The notes under the pieces: generated by a model
Database searches by the model: none
Told to the model about the DNA's origin: nothing
The model's input: only the letters and a program-made list of their open reading frames with translations
Shown here: positions 16,574-27,293 of the stretch, piece after piece
How the letters are laid out: each line of letters starts with the position of its first letter
How positions within the stretch are numbered: position 1 is the stretch's first letter
DNA from: Schmidtea nova
Lineage: Eukaryota
Reading direction: 5' to 3'
DNA length: 64,000 nucleotides
NCBI GenBank assembly: GCA_044892505.1
Contig: CM097882.1
Coordinates: forward strand, 312,418,001-312,482,000
Position numbers and translations under genes: made by a program

Positions 16574-19205
16574 ATGACTCAATCACCTGCTGCTCAGTCA
16601 ACTGCTGCTGATGTAATGACTCAGTATATTGCAAATCAGTCAACTGTGACGAAGAAATATGAATTAGAAAACATTCTCAAATATCAAATTTCCAGTTTGC
16701 AATGTTTTCAATCGATTTTGGATTATTTTTCTCAACTAAATGGTGGAAATCTCGCTACTGCCTCAGTTCTATCTGATGCGAATGCAAGTCAACGGAGTTC
16801 TTTCGATCAAGGATCTAAAATTTCTCCAAACCAATCTGATAATATGCCACTTTCTTATGCTGATATTGAGACTAAATTCACTAAATCAAAGGATTTACTG
16901 ATTGTCAAGCGCCTGGATTCATTGGAGTCTCAATTTATGAATATGGCTGAAAAGTTAGATTATTTGGTTTCTTTGTTTAATGGCTCTGTTGATGATTTAT
17001 CAGATTTTCCTAAAGTAAATGAAAATAATTTAAATAATAATCCTTTCAATAAAAATAAAGTTTTTGATATCAAAGATAAATTAATTGTAAATAATGTAGT
17101 TTTAGATAAATCAAATATTTCAGAATTTATTGAAAATAATATTGCTAAAATTCCTAATAGTTTAATTGATGTAAATAATAAAATGTGTAATTCAAATAAT
17201 AAATTTCTAAATAACCCTAATAAAGAGAATGTTAAACATTTTAATAATCCCAAAGAAACATCTTCAATTGATTTGACTAACGATAAAATTATGCCAAATG
17301 AAAACATAGAAATAATTATTAAAAATAATAAAAAATCTGTTAAAATTATAGAACCTAATAAAACAACTAAACAGAAGTATGATAAATTTGAATTTAAAAA
17401 TCTGGTTCGTATTTTAACGAAAAGGGAACGCCAGAAAATCTTGAATGCCTTCCCTGCTTTAATACAACTAATTAAAAAGAAAGAATCACAGAGTAAATAT
17501 TTTGAAATTAATAAATTTCTTTCGAGCAAAGATTTTAATGTGAATCACTTGAATTTAATTAATTTTGATTATTTTTTCTATAGAAATTGTAATCTTTGTG
17601 TATCTTAAATTGAACAACGCTCCTGTCATTTCATCAGCACCAAAACCTGTTGTTTTAAAAACTATTAAATTAATTGACCATAATATCGTCAAAATAAATT
17701 CTGAAATCCCTGACTTTGTTCGAGCTCCAATGTCAATTCGAAGATTTTTATTCAATCTTTCGCACGATCTTTCAAACACTGTTTCCATCAAGGATGAGAA
17801 ACACAGGGGAAATAAAATAAATAACATTCTTACTTCAATGAAACATAAACAACAATTACCAGATTATTTAATAAAATCAAACATTAAATACGAAAATGGT
17901 GAGTTCTTATTATTAGATTTGACTAACGATAAAATCAAATTGAACGACGATAATAACTTGATAAAATCAAATTTTTCTGAACTTACTAGAAGTCAGATTA
18001 AAGATCTTTACTATTCTTATCCTTCTCTTAAGGAAGTTTGTTTCGTTGAAAATCTTGAAACAAGATCATCATCCGTTAGTAAAATTATCGAATCTTTAAA
18101 GTTAATTAATGAATTTCCAAAAAATATCATTTTTAAAGAGGGTAAATTTTATCAGTCTGATAAAAGAACAATCTCACCTAGTAGTTCTCCTGACATAATG
18201 TTCAACCTAGGTCTTTTTAATTTGGCTAGTATGAGTAGAAAAGATTGTGAATTAAAATCCATTTTAGAGAAGACTGGTTGTGACTTTAAAATAGTTGAAA
18301 TAATATTCTACCTCAACTATTTAGGCTTGACTCAATCTTTAGAATTTTGCAAAAATCAAACTTATTCCGATTATGTGAGGAATTACGTCTGTAATTGCTG
18401 CTTGATAAACTCACTCTGTAGTATTGCTGATGTTGATTCGCTTTCATCTGAAGATTTTGAGGGTTGGGCGACCGAAATTGTTCAGAAAATCCCAGTTTCT
18501 TCCTATTACTTCAATAGCTGCCAGGAAAAGCTTTTAAAGCTGAAGCAATGGGACATTTCAACTAAAATCAAAAGAATCCATAACGTTATTTCACCTGAAA
18601 TAATATCTTATTTAAATAACTTTCTTGACTCTGTAGACGTAAAATTTCCATCTAAGTCTCAACAACATAATATTCTAATTAAATTAATGAAAGCTATCAA
18701 TGACATTAAAATTTTTGATGACATACACGGAAATAAAGCAAAAAGACTTGTTTACTTTTTGCTAAGAGATGCCAAGAAATATTTGAATAAAAATCAACGA
18801 TTCAGATTATTTGAATCGAGCAATAAATATTGCACTTCAGAGATGGAGAATATAATTTCAGTAATAATTGAGAACCTTACCAAAGTTACTGACCATGAAG
18901 TTACTACTCCTGAAATCACAGTTGAAGAAACGCCAATTGAAATAACTTGTGATCCTGAACCTATCGTCTTGATTAAGGAAATAAACTGTTTAAAATGTAA
19001 CAATATCATCGAAAAATGCATTCTTGTTAGAGATGGAACAAACGTCAACATCTGTGAAAGCTGTCTATTTGACGCAATTACCTTTGAAAAGCCGATTCCT
19101 GAAGCTACTAATTCGGATATCGAAGAAAATATAGAAACAAATTGTAAGAAATCTTGTCCAAGACCTAGAAAAACAGACAAGAAAACATCAACCAAAGCAA
19201 AATGA
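16574..19205 (+). pseudogene. ORF1 of copy 3 split by a 2-bp deletion (premature TAA 17606-17608)
   Basis: tatcttaaattg versus tatctttaaaattg in the other copies; track shows 344-aa and 546-aa pieces. Confidence 0.85.
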
Positions 19206-19271
19206 AGATGTGTGCCTGCATCAGCTCAATCGTCTGCCATTCCCTCTAATGAGACTGATGCAGAGAGCACA
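19203..19271 (+). promoter_or_regulatory. Candidate UGA readthrough signal, copy 3
   Basis: Same stop + stem-loop. Confidence 0.6.
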
Positions 19272-22200
19272 ACTAAAAATAATATTTCAACTATCGACAA
19301 TCGTGATCCTGAAGTGTGGTTTTCTGATAATGATATTGATTGGTATCTTGAAAACCACATTGATAATCCAATGCATGGATATATTAAATGCTTTATAGTA
19401 AATATCATCTGTTCTAACATCACAGAAGATATTGTTGAAATTCCACCATCTATTAGCAATGCTGAAATTGTATTTTGTCCACTCAACATTAACAATTCGC
19501 ACTGGATTCTTTTTGTTTATAGTAAGAAAATGTTATCTTCTTACTTTATTGACCCAATCCTTGCAAACAGACAAAAGCCAATCAATAAACAAATGGCTCA
19601 GAGAATTAACCTAAAACTGAATAGATTTTTTAATCTAAATATATCTGTGTCCCGACATCCACACAAACATCTTGAATATCAAAATAACAGCTTTGATTGT
19701 GGCCCATTTACGTGTGCTTATGCTGTGATTATCAGTAAAGATTTGAACAGCTTTCCAAATGGGTTCATAGAGAAAATTCGTACCAGTGTGCATGAAAATC
19801 AAAATCGTATGCAAATAACCGAATCCACCTTATTCGCTGGTACTAACTCCAAGATGGACATGACCAAAATAAATATCAAGAAAGCCCTTGCAAAAAAGAA
19901 AGTCATCACCAACACCTCAGATATGACCAAAGTATTGAACACTCAAAAACCGTGTGTGTCATCAATAATTAGTAAATATTACGAAAGTAATTCTAAAATA
20001 ACAGTCTTATCTGCCGAACTAACTTTAAACCTAATTGCACAAAATACCTCCTTCATAGCTGATAATGTCACTTTCAAGCAGTTCAAAGGAATCGATCATG
20101 TTATAAGTATCATTCCTAAATTTAACGATTGGTGTCTCTTTGTCTATTCGAATAAACTTGACAGGAGCTACATGTTCGACTTCAATTATCGAAACATTGA
20201 TGAAAGGCTAATTGAAATTGGTGAAAAGATAACTGAATATCTGAATCAATTCACTCTTGTTTCTAAAATAAAATTCACACCTCATCATAGAATTTCTCAT
20301 CCAACATTTCATTCTTACGATGATCAATATTTTGCAAGTTCTTTTATTGTATTTTTTGAGAAACTTGTCTTTGAAAGAATACTGGACAATGATAAGGTTT
20401 ATGACTCATTAAGTGCTCTAAAATATCAGTCTTGTAAAGATCTTTCTCCTAGCTTAAGTTTCATTAATGGTAAAATATCCGACAAAATTATTGAGGAATA
20501 TTTTGCTAGCCTAAACTTATCGACCAAATATATTCTTCTAAACACAACAATGTGTACTGCGCTTTCAGATGATTGCACTGAATACTTGAAAGACTTTGTA
20601 AACATTGAGTGCATGATGAAGGCTACTATAATCTTTGTAATCATTTCTCCTCCAAGAGCCAACGACTTGCTCATGGTTATTGATTACGACGCTGATGAGC
20701 ACTATTTATTAAGCCCAGTCACTAATGACTTGTTCGTTATGACTGAAGGATTCTGCTATAAATTACTAATTAAAATTAATGAGATTAGAGAGAGCACAGG
20801 TCGTTCCTTGAAATCGCGTAATTGTCGACATGACGTTAAAGGTTCTGGCTTATTTAGTAGGTTATTAATCTGTGCCTTTATTAAATATTATGCATTTGAC
20901 CGATCTCTAGAAAATATCAATCTTCATGAAATTGGCAAAATTATCTACTCACTTGTGCCATTAGTTGATAAAAATGATAATGCTGAGGAAGAAAGACGAC
21001 TAAAATCAAAAGCTGTAAACTCTTTAAAACTAAATTTAAAACAGCGAATAGAAAAAGCCAATAATCTTATAATTTCACTTGAACACGCCAGTATTGATGA
21101 AATCATAAGTGGCATTCTTTCAAATATTCCTCGTCTTAAAGATTTGAACACCGATCACATTCGTACACCATATTTAGGTACTAAAGTAGAAAAAGCTAGA
21201 AAATTCAAAAATTCCACTGAATTTCTGTCAAACATGAAAAAGACTGTGTATAGGATTTTGGGTAACAACACAGAATCAATTGCACCTCCTTTTCAGGAAA
21301 TTATTGACACTTTCAGTCATCCTGATACATTACCTAGAAATTGGGAAAACATCTTTAAATTCACTAAGAGTTCTAAATTTAGTCTTGAATTAAATCCAAT
21401 GACACCTAAAGAAATCCTTTCAAGTCTTTGCAAAGCTGACAACACTTCTCCAGGTCTTGATAATGTTTGTTATAAAGATCTTTTGCTATTAGACCCTGAA
21501 TGTAAATTGCTAGCTTTTCTGTACAATAAAATCCTAAAATTAGACATTATTCCTACAAGTTGGAAATCATTTAAAACCATACTAATCCCTAAACCAGATA
21601 AAAATGGCCAATATCATAAAATATATTCTTGGCGACCAATTGCCTTATTATCTGTCATTTACAAAGTCTTCGCTTCAGTTTTGGCAAATCGTCTAAGCTT
21701 ATGGATAAGAAATAATTCCATGTTACACATTGGCCAAAAGGGTGGTTCGGAGTACGAAGGATGTATTGAACACAACTCTATTCTTTCTGCTATCGTCGAA
21801 CATTCAAAATACAGCAAGTCTTCACCTTTAACAATAGCTTGGCTAGACATCAAAGATGCCTTCGGAAGTGTTCCACATGACTACATGTGGACACTGTTAA
21901 AACACATAAATGTTAGTGATAGGTTTGTAGGAATTTTAAAACTGCTCTATACTGATACAAGCTCGTTTTATTGTTGCAATAAAATGCAGACACCGGATAT
22001 TCCAATAAAGAAAGGAGTTAAACAAGGTTGTCCGATCTCAATGATATTGTTTGCAATAGCTATTAACCCAGTACTTGAGTCTATTAATCTATCAAACGTT
22101 AATCCTTTTACGATTGGAACATCTCCGGTACAGGTGTTGGCTTATGCGGATGATATCGCACTTATCGCGACAAATACCTCTGATCTGCAAATACTCATAA

Positions 22201-23822
22201 ACGTTGCTGTAAACACCGCTAAAACAATTGGATTTGAATATCGTCCAGAAAAGTGCGCTTATATGCAATACCCTAAAATAGAAACTGTAAGCGAGATTTC
22301 TGTCAACAATGTTCTTATAAAAAAGATTGCAACAAATGAATTTTACCAATACTTGGGAGTACCAATAGGTGACAATAATGACCAAAGTCCCTATGAAATT
22401 CTAAGCAAAGTAATTGAAGACACAAAGAAAATAGCAAATTCTGATCTTTACGGCTGGCAAAAACTTAAAGCGTATAAGGTCTTTCTGCATTCTCGCTTGA
22501 TTTTTCCATTTAGAACTAGGGAAATCAAAACAAGTTCTTTAGCTGATTCGAGTAAAAATTCAAAATTAAATGTAAATAATACGAGTATTTTGAGGAGTCA
22601 TCTTAGAAAAATATTGCACTTGCCACACTACTCTGAGATTAGCTATTTTTATAATTCTACTGAAAACGGCGGTGCAGGCTGCATAGACTTACTTGACGAG
22701 TATCATACACAGACAATCGTGTACTTTTTCCGCTTGTTAACATCAACGTGCGAATATTCGAAAAAGATAAATACTGACTCGCTTTTATTTGTCACAAGTC
22801 CGAGACTCGGAATCAAAAATCCAGTTCTTAAACAAAGTTTAGAATGGATAAATGGAAAAGAGAGCAAGAAAAACAACAGTGGTTGCAAAACTCGATTTTA
22901 TCGGTTGCGATCATCCATTGCTTACTTTTCTAAAGTTCACAACATTAAATTGTTATTTGAAACAGTGAAAGGGAATCCTTCTATCCGTATAACCACTACA
23001 CTTAAGGGAACACGTATATTATTACCAACATTAAGAAAAGCATTGTCAATGATTTTACATTCAGCTCTCCAGGATTCGTATCTCGAGAAATGGGAGAATA
23101 GCAACCATAATAATCTGCTTGTATCTGCGATTAAACTCTGTCCACTTGTCAACAAGCTTATTTTCCGCAGTGATTTGACAGAATTTGAATGGAGATTCGT
23201 CCATCGAGCAAGAACGAATACATTATCAATATTTGCGAAGCCATATAAAACTGGCGAAAATCGTCTTTGTCGTAGATGTAAGCTTGAAGACGAGACTTTA
23301 TCACACGTTCTTCAAACTTGTAAAATGAACAAATCTTTGGCAACTAGTCGACATAACGCTTGCTTAGAAAAAATAAAAAGCGAGTTGAAAGATCCAAACT
23401 TGTTAGTTGTTGCGGATCATAAATGTTCCCTAGTACCGACATCAACTGAACGCGTTGATTTAATAATAACCAATAATGATAAAAAGACCATATTATTGGT
23501 AGACATGAAATGCCCAATCGATTCGGTGCCCAACTTTGACTTGGCTGATAAAAAAAACATAGAAAAGTATGATAAACTAAAATCGGAAATTAAAATAGCC
23601 AAACCCGATTATAAAGTTGAGTTGTTTACCTGCATCATAGGCTCATTAGGATCCATTGAAATTAAAACACCTGATCTTTTAGTAAAAATGGGCGTAAAAG
23701 AAAATAAAGTAAAACGTCTGATGAAAGAGTGTGCAATTAGCAATATTGCGCACTCGGCCAAAATTTGGTACTTTCATACCAATGGCTTTCTTCCAGATAA
23801 TATAAGACAAACTTTTAAATAA
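19212..23822 (+). CDS. ORF2 protease-RT-CCHC-RLE, copy 3 (intact)
   Basis: Same motifs. Confidence 0.94.
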   Translation: MPASAQSSAIPSNETDAESTTKNNISTIDNRDPEVWFSDNDIDWYLENHIDNPMHGYIKCFIVNIICSNITEDIVEIPPSISNAEIVFCPLNINNSHWILFVYSKKMLSSYFIDPILANRQKPINKQMAQRINLKLNRFFNLNISVSRHPHKHLEYQNNSFDCGPFTCAYAVIISKDLNSFPNGFIEKIRTSVHENQNRMQITESTLFAGTNSKMDMTKINIKKALAKKKVITNTSDMTKVLNTQKPCVSSIISKYYESNSKITVLSAELTLNLIAQNTSFIADNVTFKQFKGIDHVISIIPKFNDWCLFVYSNKLDRSYMFDFNYRNIDERLIEIGEKITEYLNQFTLVSKIKFTPHHRISHPTFHSYDDQYFASSFIVFFEKLVFERILDNDKVYDSLSALKYQSCKDLSPSLSFINGKISDKIIEEYFASLNLSTKYILLNTTMCTALSDDCTEYLKDFVNIECMMKATIIFVIISPPRANDLLMVIDYDADEHYLLSPVTNDLFVMTEGFCYKLLIKINEIRESTGRSLKSRNCRHDVKGSGLFSRLLICAFIKYYAFDRSLENINLHEIGKIIYSLVPLVDKNDNAEEERRLKSKAVNSLKLNLKQRIEKANNLIISLEHASIDEIISGILSNIPRLKDLNTDHIRTPYLGTKVEKARKFKNSTEFLSNMKKTVYRILGNNTESIAPPFQEIIDTFSHPDTLPRNWENIFKFTKSSKFSLELNPMTPKEILSSLCKADNTSPGLDNVCYKDLLLLDPECKLLAFLYNKILKLDIIPTSWKSFKTILIPKPDKNGQYHKIYSWRPIALLSVIYKVFASVLANRLSLWIRNNSMLHIGQKGGSEYEGCIEHNSILSAIVEHSKYSKSSPLTIAWLDIKDAFGSVPHDYMWTLLKHINVSDRFVGILKLLYTDTSSFYCCNKMQTPDIPIKKGVKQGCPISMILFAIAINPVLESINLSNVNPFTIGTSPVQVLAYADDIALIATNTSDLQILINVAVNTAKTIGFEYRPEKCAYMQYPKIETVSEISVNNVLIKKIATNEFYQYLGVPIGDNNDQSPYEILSKVIEDTKKIANSDLYGWQKLKAYKVFLHSRLIFPFRTREIKTSSLADSSKNSKLNVNNTSILRSHLRKILHLPHYSEISYFYNSTENGGAGCIDLLDEYHTQTIVYFFRLLTSTCEYSKKINTDSLLFVTSPRLGIKNPVLKQSLEWINGKESKKNNSGCKTRFYRLRSSIAYFSKVHNIKLLFETVKGNPSIRITTTLKGTRILLPTLRKALSMILHSALQDSYLEKWENSNHNNLLVSAIKLCPLVNKLIFRSDLTEFEWRFVHRARTNTLSIFAKPYKTGENRLCRRCKLEDETLSHVLQTCKMNKSLATSRHNACLEKIKSELKDPNLLVVADHKCSLVPTSTERVDLIITNNDKKTILLVDMKCPIDSVPNFDLADKKNIEKYDKLKSEIKIAKPDYKVELFTCIIGSLGSIEIKTPDLLVKMGVKENKVKRLMKECAISNIAHSAKIWYFHTNGFLPDNIRQTFK

Positions 23823-24177
23823 ATAATTATATATATATATAAATATTTGCTTTTTAAACTCTGTAAATAAAAATTAAAGTAAATATTTTGTAAAGTAATT
23901 TTTGTATTAAATATCCAATCTTTTTAATCTGATAAATTGTCTTTGAGAGTTATTAAATTTGGAGACCAAGTATTCTGCAACGTATGTCACTTATTCTAGA
24001 CTTATCAACTTCAAAAGAATACAGTCGCAAAGCTGGATGACGAAATCCAAAGAACCAGAAACTTCCATTCAGATTGAACAATTATATTTTGACTGTGATT
24101 GTTTAGGGACTAATCCATGTTGATTAGATAATCTGTAAAAAAAATATGTCAAACTTGTTATATTTAATAAATGTTTA

Positions 24178-24232
24178 TTATCACGTCTGCCTAACACGCA
24201 GAAGGTCCCCGGTTCGATCCCGGGTCGAACCA
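24178..24232 (+). pseudogene. 5'-truncated tRNA-Val, nt 19-73
   Basis: Same junction. Confidence 0.95.
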
Positions 24233-24412
24233 AATTTTTCTCAATTCATTATTTGACTTTTATTATATTTGCAACTCTTTTTTTAATTCATAACGCAATT
24301 TTGTTGTTGAATTCTCTACTTTGTACATAAATTTTATTCAAGTGAATTCAGTACATTTTGTCAAGGTAATTCGAAAATCAAACATGCACAACAATTGTTA
24401 GTTGAAACTGTC

Positions 24413-24485
24413 GGTTCGATGGTGTAGCGGTTATCACGTCTGCCTAACACGCAGAAGGTCCCCGGTTCGATCCCGGGTCGAACCA
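24413..24485 (+). tRNA. trnV: tRNA-Val(AAC)
   Basis: Identical unit. Confidence 0.97.
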
Positions 24486-24593
24486 AATTTTTCTCAATTC
24501 ATTATTTGACTTTTATTATATTTGCAACTCTTTTTTTAAGTGTTGATATATATATTGTAAATTTTAACGATTGATAAATTCTTTCAAGGTTCG

Positions 24594-27227
24594 ATGACTC
24601 AATCACCTGCTGCTCAGTCAACTGCTGCTGATGTAATGACTCAGTATATTGCAAATCAGTCAACTGTGACGAAGAAATATGAATTAGAAAACATTCTCAA
24701 ATATCAAATTTCCAGTTTGCAATGTTTTCAATCGATTTTGGATTATTTTTCTCAACTAAATGGTGGAAATCTCGCTACTGCCTCAGTTCTATCTGATGCG
24801 AATGCAAGTCAACGGAGTTCTTTCGATCAAGGATCTAAAATTTCTCCAAACCAATCTGATAATATGCCACTTTCTTATGCTGATATTGAGACTAAATTCA
24901 CTAAATCAAAGGATTTACTTATTGTCAAGCGCCTGGATTCATTGGAGTCTCAATTTATGAATATGGCTGAAAAGTTAGATTATTTGGTTTCTTTGTTTAA
25001 TGGCTCTGTTGATGATTTATCAGATTTTCCTAAAGTAAATGAAAATAATTTAAATAATAATCCTTTCAATAAAAATAAAGTTTTTGATATCAAAGATAAA
25101 TTAATTGTAAATAATGTAGTTTTAGATAAATCAAATATTTCAGAATTTATTGAAAATAATATTGCTAAAATTCCTAATAGTTTAATTGATGTAAATAATA
25201 AAATGTGTAATTCAAATAATAAATTTCTAAATAACCCTAATAAAGAGAATGTTAAACATTTTAATAATCCCAAAGATACATCTTCAATTGATTTGACTAA
25301 CGATAAAATTATGCCAAATGAAAACATAGAAATAATTATTAAAAATAATAAAAAATCTGTTAAAATTATAGAACTTTATAAAACAACTAAACAGAAGTAT
25401 GATAAATTTGAATTTAAAAGTCTGGTTCGTATTTTAACGAAAAGGGAACGCCAGAAAATCTTGAATGCCTTCCCTGCTTTAATACAACTAATTAAAAAGA
25501 AAGAATCACAGAGTAAATATTTTGAAATTAATAAATTTCTTTCGAGCAAAGATTTTAATGTGAATCACTTGAATTTAATTAATTTTGATTATTTTTTCTA
25601 TAGAAATTGTAATCTTTGTGTATCTTTAAAATTGAACAACGCTCCTGTCATTTCATCAGCACCAAAACCTGTTGTTTTAAAAACTATTAAATTAATTGAC
25701 CATAATATCGTCAAAATAAATTCTGAAATCCCTGACTTTGTTCGAGCTCCAATGTCAATTCGAAGATTTTTATTCAATCTTTCGCACGATCTTTCAAACA
25801 CTGTTTCCATCAAGGATGAGAAACACAGGGGAAATAAAATAAATAACATTCTTACTTCAATGAAACATAAACAACAATTACCAGATTATTTAATAAAATC
25901 AAACATTAAATACGAAAATGGTGAGTTCTTATTATTAGATTTGACTAACGATAAAATCAAATTGAACGACGATAATAACTTGATAAAATCAAATTTTTCT
26001 GAACTTACTAGAAGTCAGATTAAAAATCTTTACCATTCTTATCCTTCTCTTAAGGAAGTTTGTTTCGTTGAAAATCTTGAAACAAGATCATCATCCGTTA
26101 GTAAAATTATCGAATCTTTAAAGTTAATTAATGAATTTCCAAAAAATATCATTTTTAAAGAGGGTAAATTTTATCAGTCTGATAAAAGAACAATCTCACC
26201 TAGTAGTTCTCCTGACATAATGTTCAACCTTGGTCTTTTTAATTTAGCTAGTATGAGTAGAAAAGATTGTGAATTAAAATCCATTTTAGAGAAGACTGGT
26301 TGTGACTTTAAAATAGTTGAAATAATATTCTACCTCAACTATTTAGGCTTGACTCAATCTTTAGAATTTTGCAAAAATCAAACTTATTCTGATTATGTGA
26401 GGAATTACGTCTGCAATTGCTGCTTGATAAACTCACTCTGTAGTATTGCTGATGTTGATTCGCTTTCATCTGAAGATTTTGAGGGTTGGGCGACCGAAAT
26501 TGTTCAGAAAATCCCAGTTTCTTCCTATTACTTCAATAGCTGCCAGGAAAAGCTTTTAAAGCTGAAGCAATGGGACATTTCAACTAAAATCAAAAGAATC
26601 CATAACGTTATTTCACCTGAAATAATATCTTATTTAAATAACTTTCTTGACTCTGTAGACGTAAAATTTCCATCTAAGTCTCAACAACATAATATTCTAA
26701 TTAAATTAATGAAAGCTATCAATGACATTAAAATTTTTGATGACATACACGGAAATAAAGCAAAAAGACTTGTTTACTTTTTGCTAAGAGATGCCAAGAA
26801 ATATTTGAATAAAAATCAACGATTCAGATTATTTGAATCGAGCAATAAATATTGCACTTTAGAGATGGAGAATATAATTTCAGTAATAATTGAGAACCTT
26901 ACCAAAGTTACTGACCATGAAGTTACTACTCCTGAAATCACAGTTGAAGAAACGCCAATTGAAATAACTTGTGATCCTGAACCTATCGTCTTGATTAAGG
27001 AAATAAACTGTTTAAAATGCAACAATATCATCGAAAAATGCATTCTTGTTAGAGATGGAACAAACGTCAACATCTGTGAAAGCTGTCTATTTGACGCAAT
27101 TACCTTTGAAAAGCCGATTCCTGAAGCTACTAATTCGGATATCGAAGAAAATATAGAAACAAATTGTAAGAAATCTTGTCCAAGACCTAGAAAAACAGAC
27201 AAGAAAACATCAACCAAAGCAAAATGA
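24594..27227 (+). CDS. ORF1 (877 aa), copy 4
   Basis: ORF track; near-identical to copy 2. Confidence 0.92.
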   Translation: MTQSPAAQSTAADVMTQYIANQSTVTKKYELENILKYQISSLQCFQSILDYFSQLNGGNLATASVLSDANASQRSSFDQGSKISPNQSDNMPLSYADIETKFTKSKDLLIVKRLDSLESQFMNMAEKLDYLVSLFNGSVDDLSDFPKVNENNLNNNPFNKNKVFDIKDKLIVNNVVLDKSNISEFIENNIAKIPNSLIDVNNKMCNSNNKFLNNPNKENVKHFNNPKDTSSIDLTNDKIMPNENIEIIIKNNKKSVKIIELYKTTKQKYDKFEFKSLVRILTKRERQKILNAFPALIQLIKKKESQSKYFEINKFLSSKDFNVNHLNLINFDYFFYRNCNLCVSLKLNNAPVISSAPKPVVLKTIKLIDHNIVKINSEIPDFVRAPMSIRRFLFNLSHDLSNTVSIKDEKHRGNKINNILTSMKHKQQLPDYLIKSNIKYENGEFLLLDLTNDKIKLNDDNNLIKSNFSELTRSQIKNLYHSYPSLKEVCFVENLETRSSSVSKIIESLKLINEFPKNIIFKEGKFYQSDKRTISPSSSPDIMFNLGLFNLASMSRKDCELKSILEKTGCDFKIVEIIFYLNYLGLTQSLEFCKNQTYSDYVRNYVCNCCLINSLCSIADVDSLSSEDFEGWATEIVQKIPVSSYYFNSCQEKLLKLKQWDISTKIKRIHNVISPEIISYLNNFLDSVDVKFPSKSQQHNILIKLMKAINDIKIFDDIHGNKAKRLVYFLLRDAKKYLNKNQRFRLFESSNKYCTLEMENIISVIIENLTKVTDHEVTTPEITVEETPIEITCDPEPIVLIKEINCLKCNNIIEKCILVRDGTNVNICESCLFDAITFEKPIPEATNSDIEENIETNCKKSCPRPRKTDKKTSTKAK

Positions 27228-27293
27228 AGATGTGTGCCTGCATCAGCTCAATCGTCTGCCATTCCCTCTAATGAGACTGATGCAGAGAGCACA
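27225..27293 (+). promoter_or_regulatory. Candidate UGA readthrough signal, copy 4
   Basis: Same stop + stem-loop. Confidence 0.65.

Larger units (their letters stand above)
16520..24177 (+). mobile_element. Non-LTR retrotransposon copy 3 (7658 bp), type-A 5' junction, ORF1 frameshifted
   Basis: Collinear with copy 2 except a 2-bp deletion near 17605. Confidence 0.96.
24178..24539 (+). repeat. tRNA-Val array block 3 (1 truncated + 1 intact)
   Basis: 253-bp unit. Confidence 0.96.
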
